Made by a program: the position numbers and the translations under genes. The notes beneath the pieces were generated by a model that ran no database searches, was not told where the DNA came from, and saw nothing but the letters and a program-made list of their open reading frames with translations. Of a DNA stretch of 64,000 nt, positions 14,484-28,134 are shown in pieces. The stretch comes from Gordius albopunctatus (Eukaryota), in the NCBI GenBank assembly GCA_964276515.1, contig OZ193909.1, forward strand, positions 620,001 to 684,000, in the 5' to 3' direction. How positions within the stretch are numbered: the first letter of the stretch is position 1; every line of letters starts with the position of its first letter.

Positions 14484-17400
14484 ATGTCAGAGGCCATCGG
14501 ACTAACGGTCAAAAAATTGGAAAACCAACACGGACCCACCTCGTTGAGTCGTAAAATTAGAAAAAGGGTAGATGCCGGACAACCCAGGCACAACCATCAT
14601 AATCACGTGACATCCAGTCCCATCTCGGCGGATTTTCAAGATGGCGGAGAGCAGGACCAGCCCGGGCTCATGTCGTCGTCGTTTAAACTTTTGGCCGATA
14701 ATTTTGATCAGTTTTACACGGAATCTAACGCCCGGCTGGCTTGCCGCGAAGCCTGGTTTAGCTCTTACGATAATAACGAGACCGCCTATACGTTTTGGCC
14801 CAATTCGATATTGGACGTAACCTTAAGTGACGAAAATAGGAATCAAAATCAAGTGCCAGACTCCAGGGTAGATCTCGAAGAAGAGCGAGCATGTCAAATG
14901 GCTCTGGATCGAGGTAAAGTTTCCCCTACCCATGTCGGAACTCCACCTTATTGTTCTCTAAAAAGCCTTAATGAACGAGCCACTTCCGCTAATAATCACG
15001 ATACAAATGAATCGAAAGACACTCTCACCCCTTATAAACGATTGAGTTCGTCCATGGACGATCTTACCACAGAAACTAATGTAAAAAATACGGAGGAAAA
15101 TACCGTTCTCCCCAATTGTGCCGATGTGCCAGATGCCTTGACGCACGCCTTAAAATCCGAGTTATGGTCAATGATGCCCCAAATAATAGAGGATATCATA
15201 GGGAAATTTGTGCGATCCTACGGAAAATCACGTGAAGTGGGAGCCGCGGAAAAGGGTAAAAATCCTTCGGCCTTCAACATCGTTCAAAGGAATGATCACG
15301 CCAAGCTATGGAAACACGATCGACCGCCTAAAATATCAAAGGTGGGCAAGCAACCCCATTCAGATTCTTCCGGACAATATGTCCACGGTGAGTTAGACTT
15401 TGAGAGTTCGCACGTGGAAACACTAACTAAATGCGACGATGGTGACAGACAATCGAAATCCGACATCTTACCAATAACTTCTCGTTCTTGTATCGGACCA
15501 CCTATCACGGATAAAGTTTCGAGCGAATCGTGCCAATCGTATGAGGTCGAGTCAAAAGTAACGGCTGTATCGGACTTATTTAACTCCATCATTGACCTTC
15601 CAGCGGTTCGAGAAAGCAAATTGGAGATGCATGCGTCACCCAAGCCGACTTCTGAAATGGCTGAGGGCCAAAAAGGCGGTTTGCCCCATTTCCCCGGTCT
15701 CTCGGCCAAAATGGTGGTCCCTTATTTTTCCGCCAGCGAGGGCATAGTGAGGTATAAACGCAAAAAGGGGGCCTGGAACAAAAATTACTTGAACATTTAC
15801 TACAACGCCTACCTCAATAAATACAGCTATCAGATGAAAAATGGTAACGACAAAAAGGCTTACCAGACTTACGCTTCCAAAGTTAGAAAAGGAGCGAGGA
15901 AGATGCAAAAGAATAAATTGGGCGTTTCGGCTGGTTACAGGCAACATACTAAGGAGACTGGCTTAAATAAATTTCCTAAAAAAGCTCATAATATAACGGG
16001 CCTCACATATCCCAACGATTACCAGCAGCCAAATAAAATGACAAAATTGGAATTCCCAACCCACTTGCAGTTTGATCACGAGGTAAATGACTGTAATGCT
16101 AAAACCATACCCCAACCAGATGTCGGAGAAACCAAGCTTAAGACGGGGGAACTGGATCAGAGTCATGAAGAAGTCGACTACTCCACCCCTAATGTCGATA
16201 TGAACGGAGACGACGAAAGGACGGATAGTTTGGGCCGTGACAAAATGGCGACCGAATCGAGTTTATCTACCAAAATATTCGATTGGTCCCGAGCGGCTAC
16301 CGCATACAATGACGTAATGTCCGGCGCAGTTCCAAATAAACACAACACCGATCGAGATTACTTGGCAGCCTACTACAAATCCATGTTCTACAACATGCAA
16401 CGCGCAGCTCCGCCCACCAATTACTTCTGGACCTCTTACCCCAACGCCCTCAATACTTACGGGGGGTTTACGAACCCGGACATTGCTAACTGTGGGAGCG
16501 TGGAAAGGGGTCTACAGCATCCGGTATCTCTACCCCATCCTAAATATTCCTGGCAACTATGTCATCCAACACCCACTAGCGCCATCCCCTTAACACCCCA
16601 ATCATTGTATCCCGGCAATGGCACGGCAAATTTATATCCTCCATACTGGAAAAACGAATTAGGTGGATCCAGCCTAGCCCACGAAAAATCCCTGCCGCGG
16701 GGCAGTTTAATACCGAGCCTGGGAGAGAAAGTTAAGCGAGCCTACGTCACTAAGGCGACTAAAAATCATTGCGCCTTTCAAGATGGCGTCGACAAGGAAA
16801 GGAAAAAAGTGCATCCCTACCACAACTCTACTTTGAACGGTGACGGGCCCAACCCAGCCCATCATCCTCCGGCAGCCGTAAGGGATTCCAAGGCTAAACT
16901 GAAGGAAGAAATAGCTGAACTCTTCAACGGCAATACGGAAATAAGTAAATTTTATTACGAATCCCATCGCATTTAGCCTTATGAATGAAGGGCAAATCCT
17001 AGATTAGGCTTTAGGCATTTTAAATATTATTTTTAAATTTAAACACGTTAAAGGGTAAATCAGAATACTGAGATGATTTTGGAGTGTCATCCCCCCTCCT
17101 CCTTTCAAAATAGCACTTAAATTCGTTCCATTCATTTTTTAAAATGATTTTAGCTTTAGTCCTGAGTTAAATTATGGCGACTTACAAGCACATATAGGCT
17201 GTCGTTAAATAGCTTTTACCTGGTGGTGCCTTGTTTTAAAATTAGACTCAGGGAGCCAAGGGTGTCTGGTATTCCTTAAATGCGCAACTCCTTCTCCCTC
17301 GGAGATTTTAATGGATTTAAAAGGAATATTTATTATTTTAGCTTACCCCTAAATATGACTGATTAAATTCCCCATCTTAAAATGCCAACTACGTAATAAT

Positions 17401-20400
17401 GTATTTTTTATAAGCTCTTATGTATTCCCGAAATAGGAATAATGTCTTTGATATATAAATATATCATCAAATTGTAATCTATATGTAAACGACAACATTT
17501 GCAACAATCGACAACTAAGAATCGTTTCTTGGGCTTAGCCAAGGAAGGGGGGGGACAGGGAAGGGCGGCTGCCCCCCTCTAAATCAAAAAATTGCTGAAA
17601 ATTTATAAAATTATTGCTAAAATTTCAAAAAATGATCGTTTCGTCCAAGATCACTATTTCACCCCCCCCCCCCTTTTAATTCCAATGCTGGCTATGTCAA
17701 TGTTTGGTTTTTTTGAAATTTAACACATTTGAGCAGCTAACTTTGTTTGCTTATGCATCGTTGTTTTAGGTTGATTTAAAATCAGTAGAGAGATCGTTTT
17801 TCCCTTCTCATCAGGGTCTGGGTTGGGACGAGAAGATTCAGGTCGATCTCTAATATATATATTTATCAAAGGGAAATAGGAAATACGACGAGTTGAACTT
17901 TCATAAATTTAAAATAACGTGGGAACTGGGCAACGTAATTACCTCAAAAAAAACGCCGAGGTGGAAAACGTTACAGCACAGTGCAGTGCATTGGGTGGAT
18001 GAAAGAATTAATTTTTTGTCTTTCAGTAGTCACCTCCCTCACCATTGTCGCACAGTGTGATGAATGGAGATGGACACATACCAGTGAGCAAAACAAGGGA
18101 AGGGTCTTCCTCCTCTTATATTTACATAATCACGGTCTTGATTAGTTGACACGACACGACGGGACTACTGTAGTTCGTGGTCCTCATTGTTTTATAACCT
18201 ACTGCTACTAGATGGATATCTTGCCCTTAAAATAGGGATTCAAAATTGGCTAGGAAAGTCCTAGTATGACCTAAAGTGTCCATCCCCATAAAAGAGACAA
18301 ATTTGACTATGGGTTAGGGGGGGGGCGTGGCACAAATTGGCTAAACTGCGACTTTTTAATTATGAGACTGATAATAAAATTTTTCGATTTTTTGTGGGAA
18401 AAAGTTGGATCCATTTTAATTTTGCCCTTATTTTTGAAGCGCGATTGACTCCGATTCATTTGCGGAAGGCGAAGCTGATGTTCTTTTACACGAGGTACCC
18501 CAACTCTAACATTTTGAAGACCTACTTCCCCGACATCAAGTTCAACCGCAACAACATAGCCCAGTTGGTCAAATGGTTCAGCAACTTTAGGTAATTTCAA
18601 CCAAAAAAATCGCGGGCTTAGTTAGGGGGTGGGAGGTAGGAGTGGCTGCCACCCCCCTCTAAATTCAATCCTGGCGACGCCCATGAAAACATGGGTGAAA
18701 TTATTTTAGCAAGTCTCGAGGTAAGGGTATTGTTATATAGGAAATTTCCTTTCCTTTCGTTAGCAAAATAATTTCACTACATAGAGGCGGGCAGGCAGGC
18801 AGAAAACATTAATTATTATTATTATCTGATCTCAATGGTCCTTATGGAAAGATAAGAAGGCTCAGGCAAGGATGCTAGCGCATAGTGTTTGATAATGACT
18901 TTTGTGTGTTTAATTACAGAAATCGGCGTGGTCATACGTAATTTAGGTCATTTGTCCTTTTCATATTTAGGTAATCCAGTTTTAATTATGAAATAATATC
19001 ATAAGGACAACCTTTTGTGTTACAATTCTTACATATCTTACCTAATTAGAATATATTTATCTACAAATAAAATTCGCTAGATGGTCATCTTGGACTACAG
19101 TCTTTTCGGGGTTTATCCAAGAAATTTACTTTGAAATACATATATTTTATACCCTTATAGCTCACTGTGACGATAATTCAGGCTTTTATTTAAAAAAAAT
19201 TAGGGGTCGTATACTTGTTTTTATTGCAAAATACTTTTAAAATAGTAAGCCAGCCAAAAATATTTGAGGTTTTAAGGGATACGACCATAATTCTACAATA
19301 ATTCAATACGATTATAAAAAACTTGTGAAATTCGGGGGTATTTATTTCCCTTACTAAAAAGAATTTTTTCTGGCACAAACTTGTTTAAGTGCCGTTCTCA
19401 GTCAACGGCGATCATGAGCTGGACTGGAACGCGAAGGATTTATGAGAAGATGAATTTAACGCGACGACTAGGACTCCCCTGGTGGGGTGTGACTAAGCAC
19501 ACTAATTTCTTATCTGAACCTGAAAACGCAGGCCCCCCCTTGCCCCCTATCATATATCATCTTTTTACAATGGCATCAGCTCGGGTAATAGATAATGAGC
19601 ATGTAGGTCAAGTATCTTAAATAAACCAGACATCCACCACCTACCCGCTGAGAATGTGCTTGGCAGTGTCTTGCCGGACAGTTATTGTATCGCGTTACGT
19701 AAGGGGGCGTGATGATTGACGTGAAAACACTGTGATTTAAGATCTCTCAGTGTGTATAAGTCACTCAATGTTCCTCACCTCAGCAGGCGATCTCATACAC
19801 AAGAGGAAGAATGATTCTCACCTTGAAAGGGAGGGAATTAACTTCGTTTAAGAGATGGGGGGGGGGACAATCATTTAGAAGCGGAAGTTTTTATGTGGGG
19901 GAATATAAAGGTGGTATATAGCGGTGCACATAAAGCAAGTTAATCTCCTCTACACTGCCAGGACTTGCAGGAGTGTATGAGTCCTTTTATGATGTAATAA
20001 AATTAGCGAAATTTAAGTTTTTGCACGTTTTTCAATCCGAATCAAATCAACTTTCTGAGCCTTTAATGATGCCATCTACTTTTGTCCCCGTGACCTTTTA
20101 GAAAAGTATAATTACCTAGTCGTATAAGGTGATTATCATAAAAAAAATAAGTACACAGTATAAGTCTACAAAACGAAATTTAGTTAGCAAGAAAAGGCTA
20201 AAGATGATTTTGAGTGTTATGAATTTATATTCTTCATAGATATGTTTTCGGGAATTGTCGAGGGTGTTAAAAAATTATTGTAGTAAATATAATATTTCGT
20301 CCTCATAGAGGACATCGTCAGATAAGTAAAATAGATTTAAATAACTAGATTATTATTAGTTGGAGAGTAAAATTATTATGTTTTATAAATTTTTAAGAAA

Positions 20401-20862
20401 AAAAAACTTTATATCCATAGTAAAAAATATTATTTAGCCATATGATATGATAGATAATTTTATTTTTGTTATGGCAGGGAATTTTTTTACATACAAATGG
20501 AAAAATTTGCGCGTCAAGCTTTGACCGACGACGTGACCGATGCCCAAACGCTTACAGTTACGGAAGATTCCGAACTCTACCGAACACTTATCATGCATTA
20601 CAACAGGAATAATCACATTCAGGTAGTGCTCTAAAATCGTCCACTTTGTGCAAATCTAATTTACTATCTTGCCTATCCTTAGATACCCGACCATTTTCGT
20701 AAAGTGTGCGAATCAACGCTTAGAGAATTTTTCGGCGCCATTTGCAATTACAGAGATCGCGAGCCATCTTGGAAGAAAAGCATCTACAAAATCATCGCCC
20801 AACTCGATATGACAGTTCCTGAATATTTTAAAACTAATCATTTCCTCAAACAACTCGAATAA
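14484..20862 (+). CDS. pros: Prospero / Prox homeo-prospero domain transcription factor, 4 coding exons: 14484-16944, 18440-18590, 20478-20622, 20683-20862
   Basis: Spliced C-terminus [65 protein letters not shown]...[26 protein letters not shown]...[22 protein letters not shown] is a homeo-prospero domain. Exon 1 has the prospero-like motifs [10 protein letters not shown] and [15 protein letters not shown]. All three junctions are GT-AG and phase-compatible (1, 2, 0). The exon 1 donor is inferred. AATAAA at 21068. Confidence 0.95.
17528..17702 (+). mobile_element. hAT-type MITE copy in prospero intron 1
   Basis: Same TIRs and body as the CATGGGCGTAGCCAG family. Confidence 0.8.
18611..18685 (+). 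mobile_element. Internally deleted hAT-type MITE copy in prospero intron 2
   Basis: Left G-rich arm joined directly to the CTGGCGACGCCCATG right TIR. Confidence 0.7.
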
Positions 20863-21477
20863 TTAAATATCGTTTTTCGAATTCAAAACTACATGACACA
20901 TTCCAAACACTTTTCTTTTTAATTTATACCCATCTAAACGCGTATACTTGTTTATTTATGAATTTGTTTAATATTCTTATTTATATTGTATAACAACAAA
21001 TGCATCCTCCTTATGTATAATTCGGCGTTTATTATGGAATTATCGAAATCATTAGTAATTAAAAAAGAATAAAATGGCTATCTTCTTAATAATGCAATTT
21101 ACAGCGGCACCTTCAAAAGAATTTATTTAACAAGGAAATCAGCTCAGGTTATAACAACTCGAGCCTAAAACACTTTAAAGATCATAAAATTAATTTTATT
21201 ATTTTCAAGTGTTAATAATAAAACGGTAACGTGTGCCTTTTAAAACCTCATTCCTTAAAGTTCCTCAGATAGTTGATGTGGCAGAATTAAATTGGGACGG
21301 TAAAAAAGATACTTTGTTTAAAATTAGGAACGAAAATGATAATAAAAAATGGTTTAAAAGTTTAATGGATGGGGCGTTAATAGTTTTTAACAGGCGGCTT
21401 TCTCTGTCCCCTTCTTGCCCTTAAAACTGCCCAGGAAATTGGCTCATTAATTTTAACTCCTTGCTTGGTACAATAAA

Positions 21478-21646
21478 AGACAGCGTAGCCAGCATTGGAA
21501 TTAGAGGGGGGGCAAAAATGATTTAGAGGGGGGCAGAATAAACATTTTTTGAAATTTTAGCTTAATTGTTATAAATTTCTACAATTTTTTGTATTTAGAG
21601 GGGGCAGCCGCCCCACCCTGCCCCCTCCTCCTTGGCTACGCCTATG
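21478..21646 (-). mobile_element. hAT-type MITE copy downstream of prospero
   Basis: Reverse-orientation copy: GCGTAGCCAGCATTGGAATTAGAGGGG...TTGGCTACGCCTATG. Confidence 0.85.
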
Positions 21647-22077
21647 GGTAGAGGCTTTGTAATTACAAAAAAGTAGTATCGAAAATTTTAAACTCGAAAC
21701 CTGTTATTTGGTTGAATAGCAGACAAGATATATACTATAAAAAGTTTGTAAGTTGACTCGGTGATAAAAGGTGTTTAATAAAGGATTAGGAGGGCCGATC
21801 CTTATGAATTATACGAGGGTAGATGACAGTAGTGCAATTAGTAAAAAACGGTTTCCAAAACTAACACACTTTGATGGCTTAATATATATTGTCGCCAATT
21901 TCACAACACACATCTTTTGAGTCTAAAAGGCTTCCACTTTAATTAATAATAACTCTGCAGTAAATGGTTTGCTTTGTCTTTTAAAAGCCTATTATAACCA
22001 CCACCCCACAATTTCAAAGCGTAGCTCTACTATATTAAATGAATCATTTATGGTTAAACATTTAGATATGGTTATAA

Positions 22078-22079
<2 letters not shown>

Positions 22080-22137
<58 letters not shown>
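22080..22137. repeat. (AT)n microsatellite, about 29 units
   Basis: Perfect dinucleotide run. Confidence 0.98.
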
Positions 22138-22140
<3 letters not shown>

Positions 22141-25100
22141 TGTGAACTAAAAAGATTACTTCAAAATTGGATATGTGTAGGGTAAATTATTATTAGTTAG
22201 AGGTTCCTACATATATACTGATCTCTTTGAAGTTTACGAGCTCAAGTTTTATTATAACTATACTACCGATGGTTAAAGTGATAGATTTAAAATTAATATA
22301 TCTGAAAGGGGCAACAACAAGTATGTGATTAAAGGAATTTGTAGATTTTAGATAAAAAAAAGCTCCTGCTATCTTTTGAAGCATACCGAACGATACCGTT
22401 TTAATTTGTAAATATAAACTTTTTTAGATGAATTAATAATAATACAAAAGGATGCTTTATCAAAGTCCATTTTTACTTGTTTAAAATTTATTTGTATAGA
22501 GGGCAAAATTTTGCAACGTTATAAAGATATAAGGTATTATTATGGAGAGTTTATTAGAAATGTTTCACGTCTCTTGTTACAATCATATCAAATTTTGGCT
22601 ACTTTATAAAGCCTAAAGGTTTTCAAATATTTTGTACGTCTACGAAATTTAATGATTTTCAATTAAGATTTTCATTAAATTTTTACTTGAACACTTTGAT
22701 CCTTTAATAAAGTGACTGGTTTAAAGTTTTTTGCAAGTCTTGATTAATTAAAATCTAATATTGAAAAATCAAGGCAATTATATTGATTATAAATAGTAGC
22801 TAATTCCTTTTAAATATAAGAAATATAATACCAGGTTGTTCCTTAATTAAATTTAAGTAGATAACCCTTATGGTGGTTTCCTTTCCTAAGTCTTAACACG
22901 ATATCCAATTAAATAAGTAAATATTGAGATGAGTATTAACAGGGTTAATACTAAATTAGTTCAAAAAACTTGCTATACCAACAAAGTCTTATATATTGAG
23001 GTATTAATAAACTTTTTTTTAACTATAAAATTAAAGTAGATGTGTCTCGAATTTAATCAACGTGTTCGTAATTAGACACGGAAAGGGGGATATAGTTTAA
23101 AGATTAGCTGGTCAAATTTCAGAGCGCTACGCTTATTACCTTAATGAAGATTATGGATAGGTCCTACAAGACGTTTTAAAGGAAATTAAAAAGGTGGTTA
23201 TGGACTGCGTAATATAAACTCTTGTTACTTTTTAATCTAGCCTAATTAAATATGGCACAGATGTGCGCCTTTGCACATATAAACATTTTGACGACCGTAT
23301 TTAGTCTATAAAATTATAAAAATTCCATGTTAATTAAATTTAAATTACAGGAAAAACAACCGATTGCTCATAAAATGCATGACATGAATTTGAAAAAAAC
23401 TATTAATATTGTTTAAAGTTTGTTTATTACATGGAAGCTTTTTAGTAAATTACTCGTAAGCGTATATATTTTCATTGATATGATTGATTACAATAACTAA
23501 TTCATAATAAATAAGATAGCAAAAGGTCGAAAAGACATTTTTTACCAACTAAACACTTCTTATAGCCGTCTTAGTGAATTATTAAGAATTTGAACGGACA
23601 CATTCTTAAACTGCAGCAAAGTTCTACGTTTTTATCAAATTTTCTTTCCTTTAACGCTTCCCTGATAAAATTCACGTCTTAAAAGATATCAATATCATTT
23701 ATATGAAATTACTTTGAATTCCTAAACAGGCAAATGCCGTCACAAAGGAAGACAGTTTCCAAAGGCGAAAGAAATTCGTTTAACTCCAAACCCACCCGAA
23801 ACATCTTTAATGTCACAAAGAGAAAAAAGACCTATAAAGATGGAAGAGCGTTCTTCTTATCTCCGATTTTCGCAATCTTTTTGCGGCGTTTCCGCTTTGC
23901 ACCCCAGCCAAATTGGTCAAAAGAAAAATGTGGAAAGGATAAGAGACTAATCATTATTTGGGAAGAAGACCGATAGAATTTATAAGTAGCACGGCACAAA
24001 AACTAATGGCGAATTAAATATATTTAAGATCGATAATAAATAAGGATAATTTTCATCTCTCCGAGAATCTTCAAACGATGGGCAAAGGCTTTTTATAAGA
24101 AGCGACTGAAGCTACATGATGCTCGGTTGAAAATCCTTAATATCTTTAAAATGTTTCTTTGAGCTGTAGGAGTCTAGACAGGGGCGATACTTTATATATA
24201 TACAAACTTAATAACGAAGTTACCTTTTGTCAACGTCTTTAAATTGGCCCTTAGTTGTTATAATTAAAGAGCAACTTATACACTTATTATTTAACAATGT
24301 CCTATGTTATCCTCATAATTCATAAAAACAACGCCTATTTATTAGATAAGCCAAGTATGCAAAAAAAACATAATTTTTTTATTCGCTTCCAAAAGAGAAG
24401 TCCGCACTCGACATATGAATGATTGAATTTTCATAAAATACTCAAAGTTGTCGTTGTGTTGTAAATAATGCATAATCTACACGCGACGATTCAAAGACGT
24501 CCTTTTACTTCATTATTTAATTTCAATCATCAAATTAACCTATTCTTAATCTATTTGATATTACAGCGTTGTCTAATAATTTGTAAAGTTCAGACTTTTT
24601 AGAATAAAAATAACAGCTTAAATCATAAGGTGAACAATGCTAAAGTTAATTTTTTATGGCAAATGTCCACAATAAGACAAAGAGCACGCGAATCCAAGTA
24701 AATGTATAAAATAAGATTATTTATTGCCAAGAAGTATGAAGGCTTGTTTACGATTATATAACACAATTATCAATAAACAACTTATGCTGTATTACAATCT
24801 TTTGCAAGAGCTCCCAAATTTATCATCCCTCAGCGGGCACCAACGAATTACTATCTTTACTTATATAGTTAAGCCACACTCTGAAAGATGGTACAATTTA
24901 TAAAAATTTTACATTAAAATAATTAAGCATTTCTTTTGAAGTCTCACAATTGGATTTTTATGTAAATATTTTTCGGCATAAAAGATTTGCTCCGCTATCT
25001 TTCTCGCTCTCTCCCATACTGTAATTTATTATCACTAAAATAAAAATTCGGTTACACCCTTGAGATTTTCTCTGCCATAAACATTCCCTTTTTTCTACCG

Positions 25101-27403
25101 TGTAGACTACTTTTCTTCAGCAATTAAATTTATTGCTCACCATTTAATTAATGCAATACCAAGTCTTTCTCGTTTGTCTTTCATATTTATTTAGAAAACC
25201 TTAGTAAAAGAGCGAACGCGAGCCATGGTAACAACTCTCAAAATTATATGAGATAATTTACGACTTAAAAGATATTTGAATGGAGGAATAAACTTAGGTT
25301 TAAACACTAGTCAAATCCAAATGTATTAGGTGTGCATGATTTATATAAGAATCATACATAATAAATGGTATAAGGATTTGCTAAATAGCACTGGACAGGC
25401 ATTGATGAATAATAACAAAAAAAACGTTTCTTATACTACATTATAAATACAAGTCTTTTTAAGTTGTATTATATATAAAACCTGAAAAGGAGCGTAATAA
25501 ATATGATTTGTATGGACGTTTGAACATATTCCAAAACAATTTTTTAAATTAACATTAGGTATATTAACACAAATTGTTAATAGTCTTAAATTTTGATTTC
25601 GCAGTAAAGATTTTATAAATGATTAAATAAAGTGTGATCATATAAAGATTCTTGATGAATAACAAACCTTTTATAGCTATTTTGTGATAATTACTTAAGA
25701 AAAGCATTTCTTTTTTTTAAAATTGTGAATTCGTGAAAAGTATAATTATGACAACACAATATTATATCTAAACCAACTTTGGTTCATTTTAACACATAAT
25801 TTTAGAACTCGTTTTTATTGAAACGGTTTCTATTAATCTTTGACTATAATTTTAGTTCTGTAATTTAATATAAATAAATAATTGTTTAAAAGCTTAATTT
25901 AATCTATGTGTAGGTGGAGGGTTTATGTATTAGTAAATAATGTGTTTCATATAATTATATAACCTAAAATGCTTTCAATTAAGATATAAATAATTCATAG
26001 CACTATGCCATTTCGTTTAAAGCAAAAGCAAATCTTATGATTAAACACATATTAATTGAAGGTAATGTTATATGTATTTAAATAAATATGGATAAAAAAA
26101 ATTTGATTTAGACGTTAATTAAATATATTTTTGGTCCATCTTTAAAAAATTATTTATCAAGAAATCTCGACTGACACAAAATAAAATTTTGTAAAATTTA
26201 GAAACAAAGCTTTTGCAGGTTGAATTTTTTATATTTGTTATTTAAGAATTACCAATCCGCATTCAACGAGAAAATTAAATTTAAAAATAAATGTCTAAAC
26301 TGCTACATATAGGCTATATGACCTTAATATTAATTTAAAATATTTTAAAACAAGTCACAAAGTTTTAGTAAACTTTGTACACATAGCTTAAGAAGTACCT
26401 AATATTTTAAACCAACAGCAATAATGGAAGCTCTAAATTGCTACGACTGAAAGATATGGTAGATGGTATAAAGTGGAAGTTTCTGTTAAGTCTTGCATGA
26501 AATCAATGACATTAACCACATGCTTTAAAATAACATTTATGATGGTATTAAAATTTATACAAGATAAGCTATTATCTTTTTCCCCCAAATATTTTTATCC
26601 ATTAAAATAACAATTATTTGTGTTAGCCATCAACCAACGGGGTTAAAAAGGCCTGTTAGATAATATAAAGTTAATTCCACATCTCATACACAAAGAGTTA
26701 CTACTACGCGATCTTTCAAAATCTTTAAGACGCGCTAGTCAGAATGAACTAGAGAAATGTAATTTTCCAAATTTAATTAAAAAATTTATTTTACGGAAGT
26801 GAAGTTTGCAAATAATTTGGACAGTAAGGGAAAGAAATGAAAGGAGGGAAAGAGGCAGAGAGGAGAGATTAAAACGGTCTTTGATCTTATGACAAATTCC
26901 TTATTCTTGCTTGTTTTATCTTGATTTCGCTACATATTTGCCATCTTTGAAGATGACAAATTGAATTATGGTCCCTTTTATATTATGTATTTTAGTGCTA
27001 AAATCCATCTTTTTTTACAATGATCAATTTTTAAAAAATATTTTACAAAAAAGATGTGGTTGCAATCAGCAGAGTTAACTTATTTAACCAATACACTATT
27101 TTTATATTAAATTAAAAAACGACAAATCATAAAAAAAACAAATCAAATTTTTGAAGTTGAGAACCTTTAAATAATGTTTAAACTAATAATATTGTGTGAA
27201 TAAATTTATTAAAGCCACCTGATCTTCTAATATATAACATCATCATATAATAATCAATATAAGAAAATAAGTTTAAGATTAAATTTATTTTTAAATTTGT
27301 CTTAAAACAGTTCTTTGTTGCGAGGCAAGCGATTGCATTTTAGACGGTAGTAATTTTATCTTACCGCAAAACATAGCTGTTTTACCCGTTATACCTGCAT
27401 TTA

Positions 27404-27608
27404 CTAGTCATGTAAAATGGGTGAGTTTTTTTTGGTAAACCTTTAGTTTTAATCGGCTAAACATAAATAGACCAAATTTTTTCTGGGCTGATTTTCTTAG
27501 TCGGGCTCAAGGCCTAGTCTAAATTTGAAAAACACAGACCAGAGTCCAGGGTTCGGCTTAGTTGAACCAAAGGTTGCCAAACAAAATCTAGGCCTTTTTA
27601 CAACACAA
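27404..27608. mobile_element. Dispersed ~200-bp MITE-like repeat; related copies at ~40221-40420 and ~52040-52212
   Basis: Shared core TAGTCTAAATTTGAAAAA..AGACCAGAGTC...CTTAGTTGA..AAGGT..AACAAAA. Ends resemble TAGTGTTGTAAAAA / TTTTTACAACAC. Confidence 0.6.
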
Positions 27609-27664
27609 CCAATAACTTATTGATTGCTCAATCCCATTTATGCAATGTTGAAAATTATGACATC

Positions 27665-27967
27665 TGTTGGGTCCATTGCCTTAATTGATTTGGAACTTAT
27701 TTGACTCATTTACATTACCTTACTACTTCGCGACGTTAATTGACCAATCAGGCATACCTCGCGGATTCACCGCTAAATCTAATTGATTTATTTATACCTC
27801 GCGGAGGCACCACTAAATGTAATTGATTTATTCAATTAATTCACGATTATATAAATGAGTTTAAAATACTTCTTACTCACTTACTTTTCTCGCAAACGAT
27901 TTACTTTAATTGGATATACAATAAAGTAATTATTACTTTATTCTTCTGGTATTTACTTAACGAAACA
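27665..27967 (+). mobile_element. Candidate solo LTR with an internal 40-bp tandem duplication
   Basis: TGTT...AACA termini, TATAAAT near 27850, AATAAA near 27920. The pentamer acatc occurs on both sides (27660-27664 and 27965-27969); the right copy overlaps the putative AACA end. Duplication at 27754-27832. Confidence 0.45.
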
Positions 27968-28037
27968 TCCGCCTGATTAGGAAAATGCTTTTATAATGTT
28001 ATGCCTTATATATCCATTTTGATATAAGGATACAAAC

Positions 28038-28134
28038 TGTAATATATAGCGTAATTTTTAATATCAGTTTTATATATACCGTGTGGATTAAAATATATAA
28101 TTGGTTTTTGATTAAAAACATATGTGAATTAGTA
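28038..28134 (+). repeat. 5' LTR (97 bp)
   Basis: Direct repeat of 31983-32080, followed by the PBS. Confidence 0.93.

Noticed and set aside
14958..16967. Several minus-strand ORFs overlapping prospero exon 1
   Set aside because: Antisense shadows of a GC-richer coding exon, with no recognisable motifs.
16945..16976. End of the 830-aa ORF as a stand-alone gene
   Set aside because: This is read-through into intron 1; splicing at 16944 joins it in frame to the homeodomain exons.
11983..18400. Three CSL/Su(H)-type sites YGTGGGAA (11983, 17918, 18393) around prospero
   Set aside because: Biologically plausible, but by rough estimate about one is expected by chance in this span; unpaired and no conservation data.
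23734..23976. 80-aa basic ORF in a locally GC-richer patch
   Set aside because: No domain motif and no convincing splice partners on either strand.
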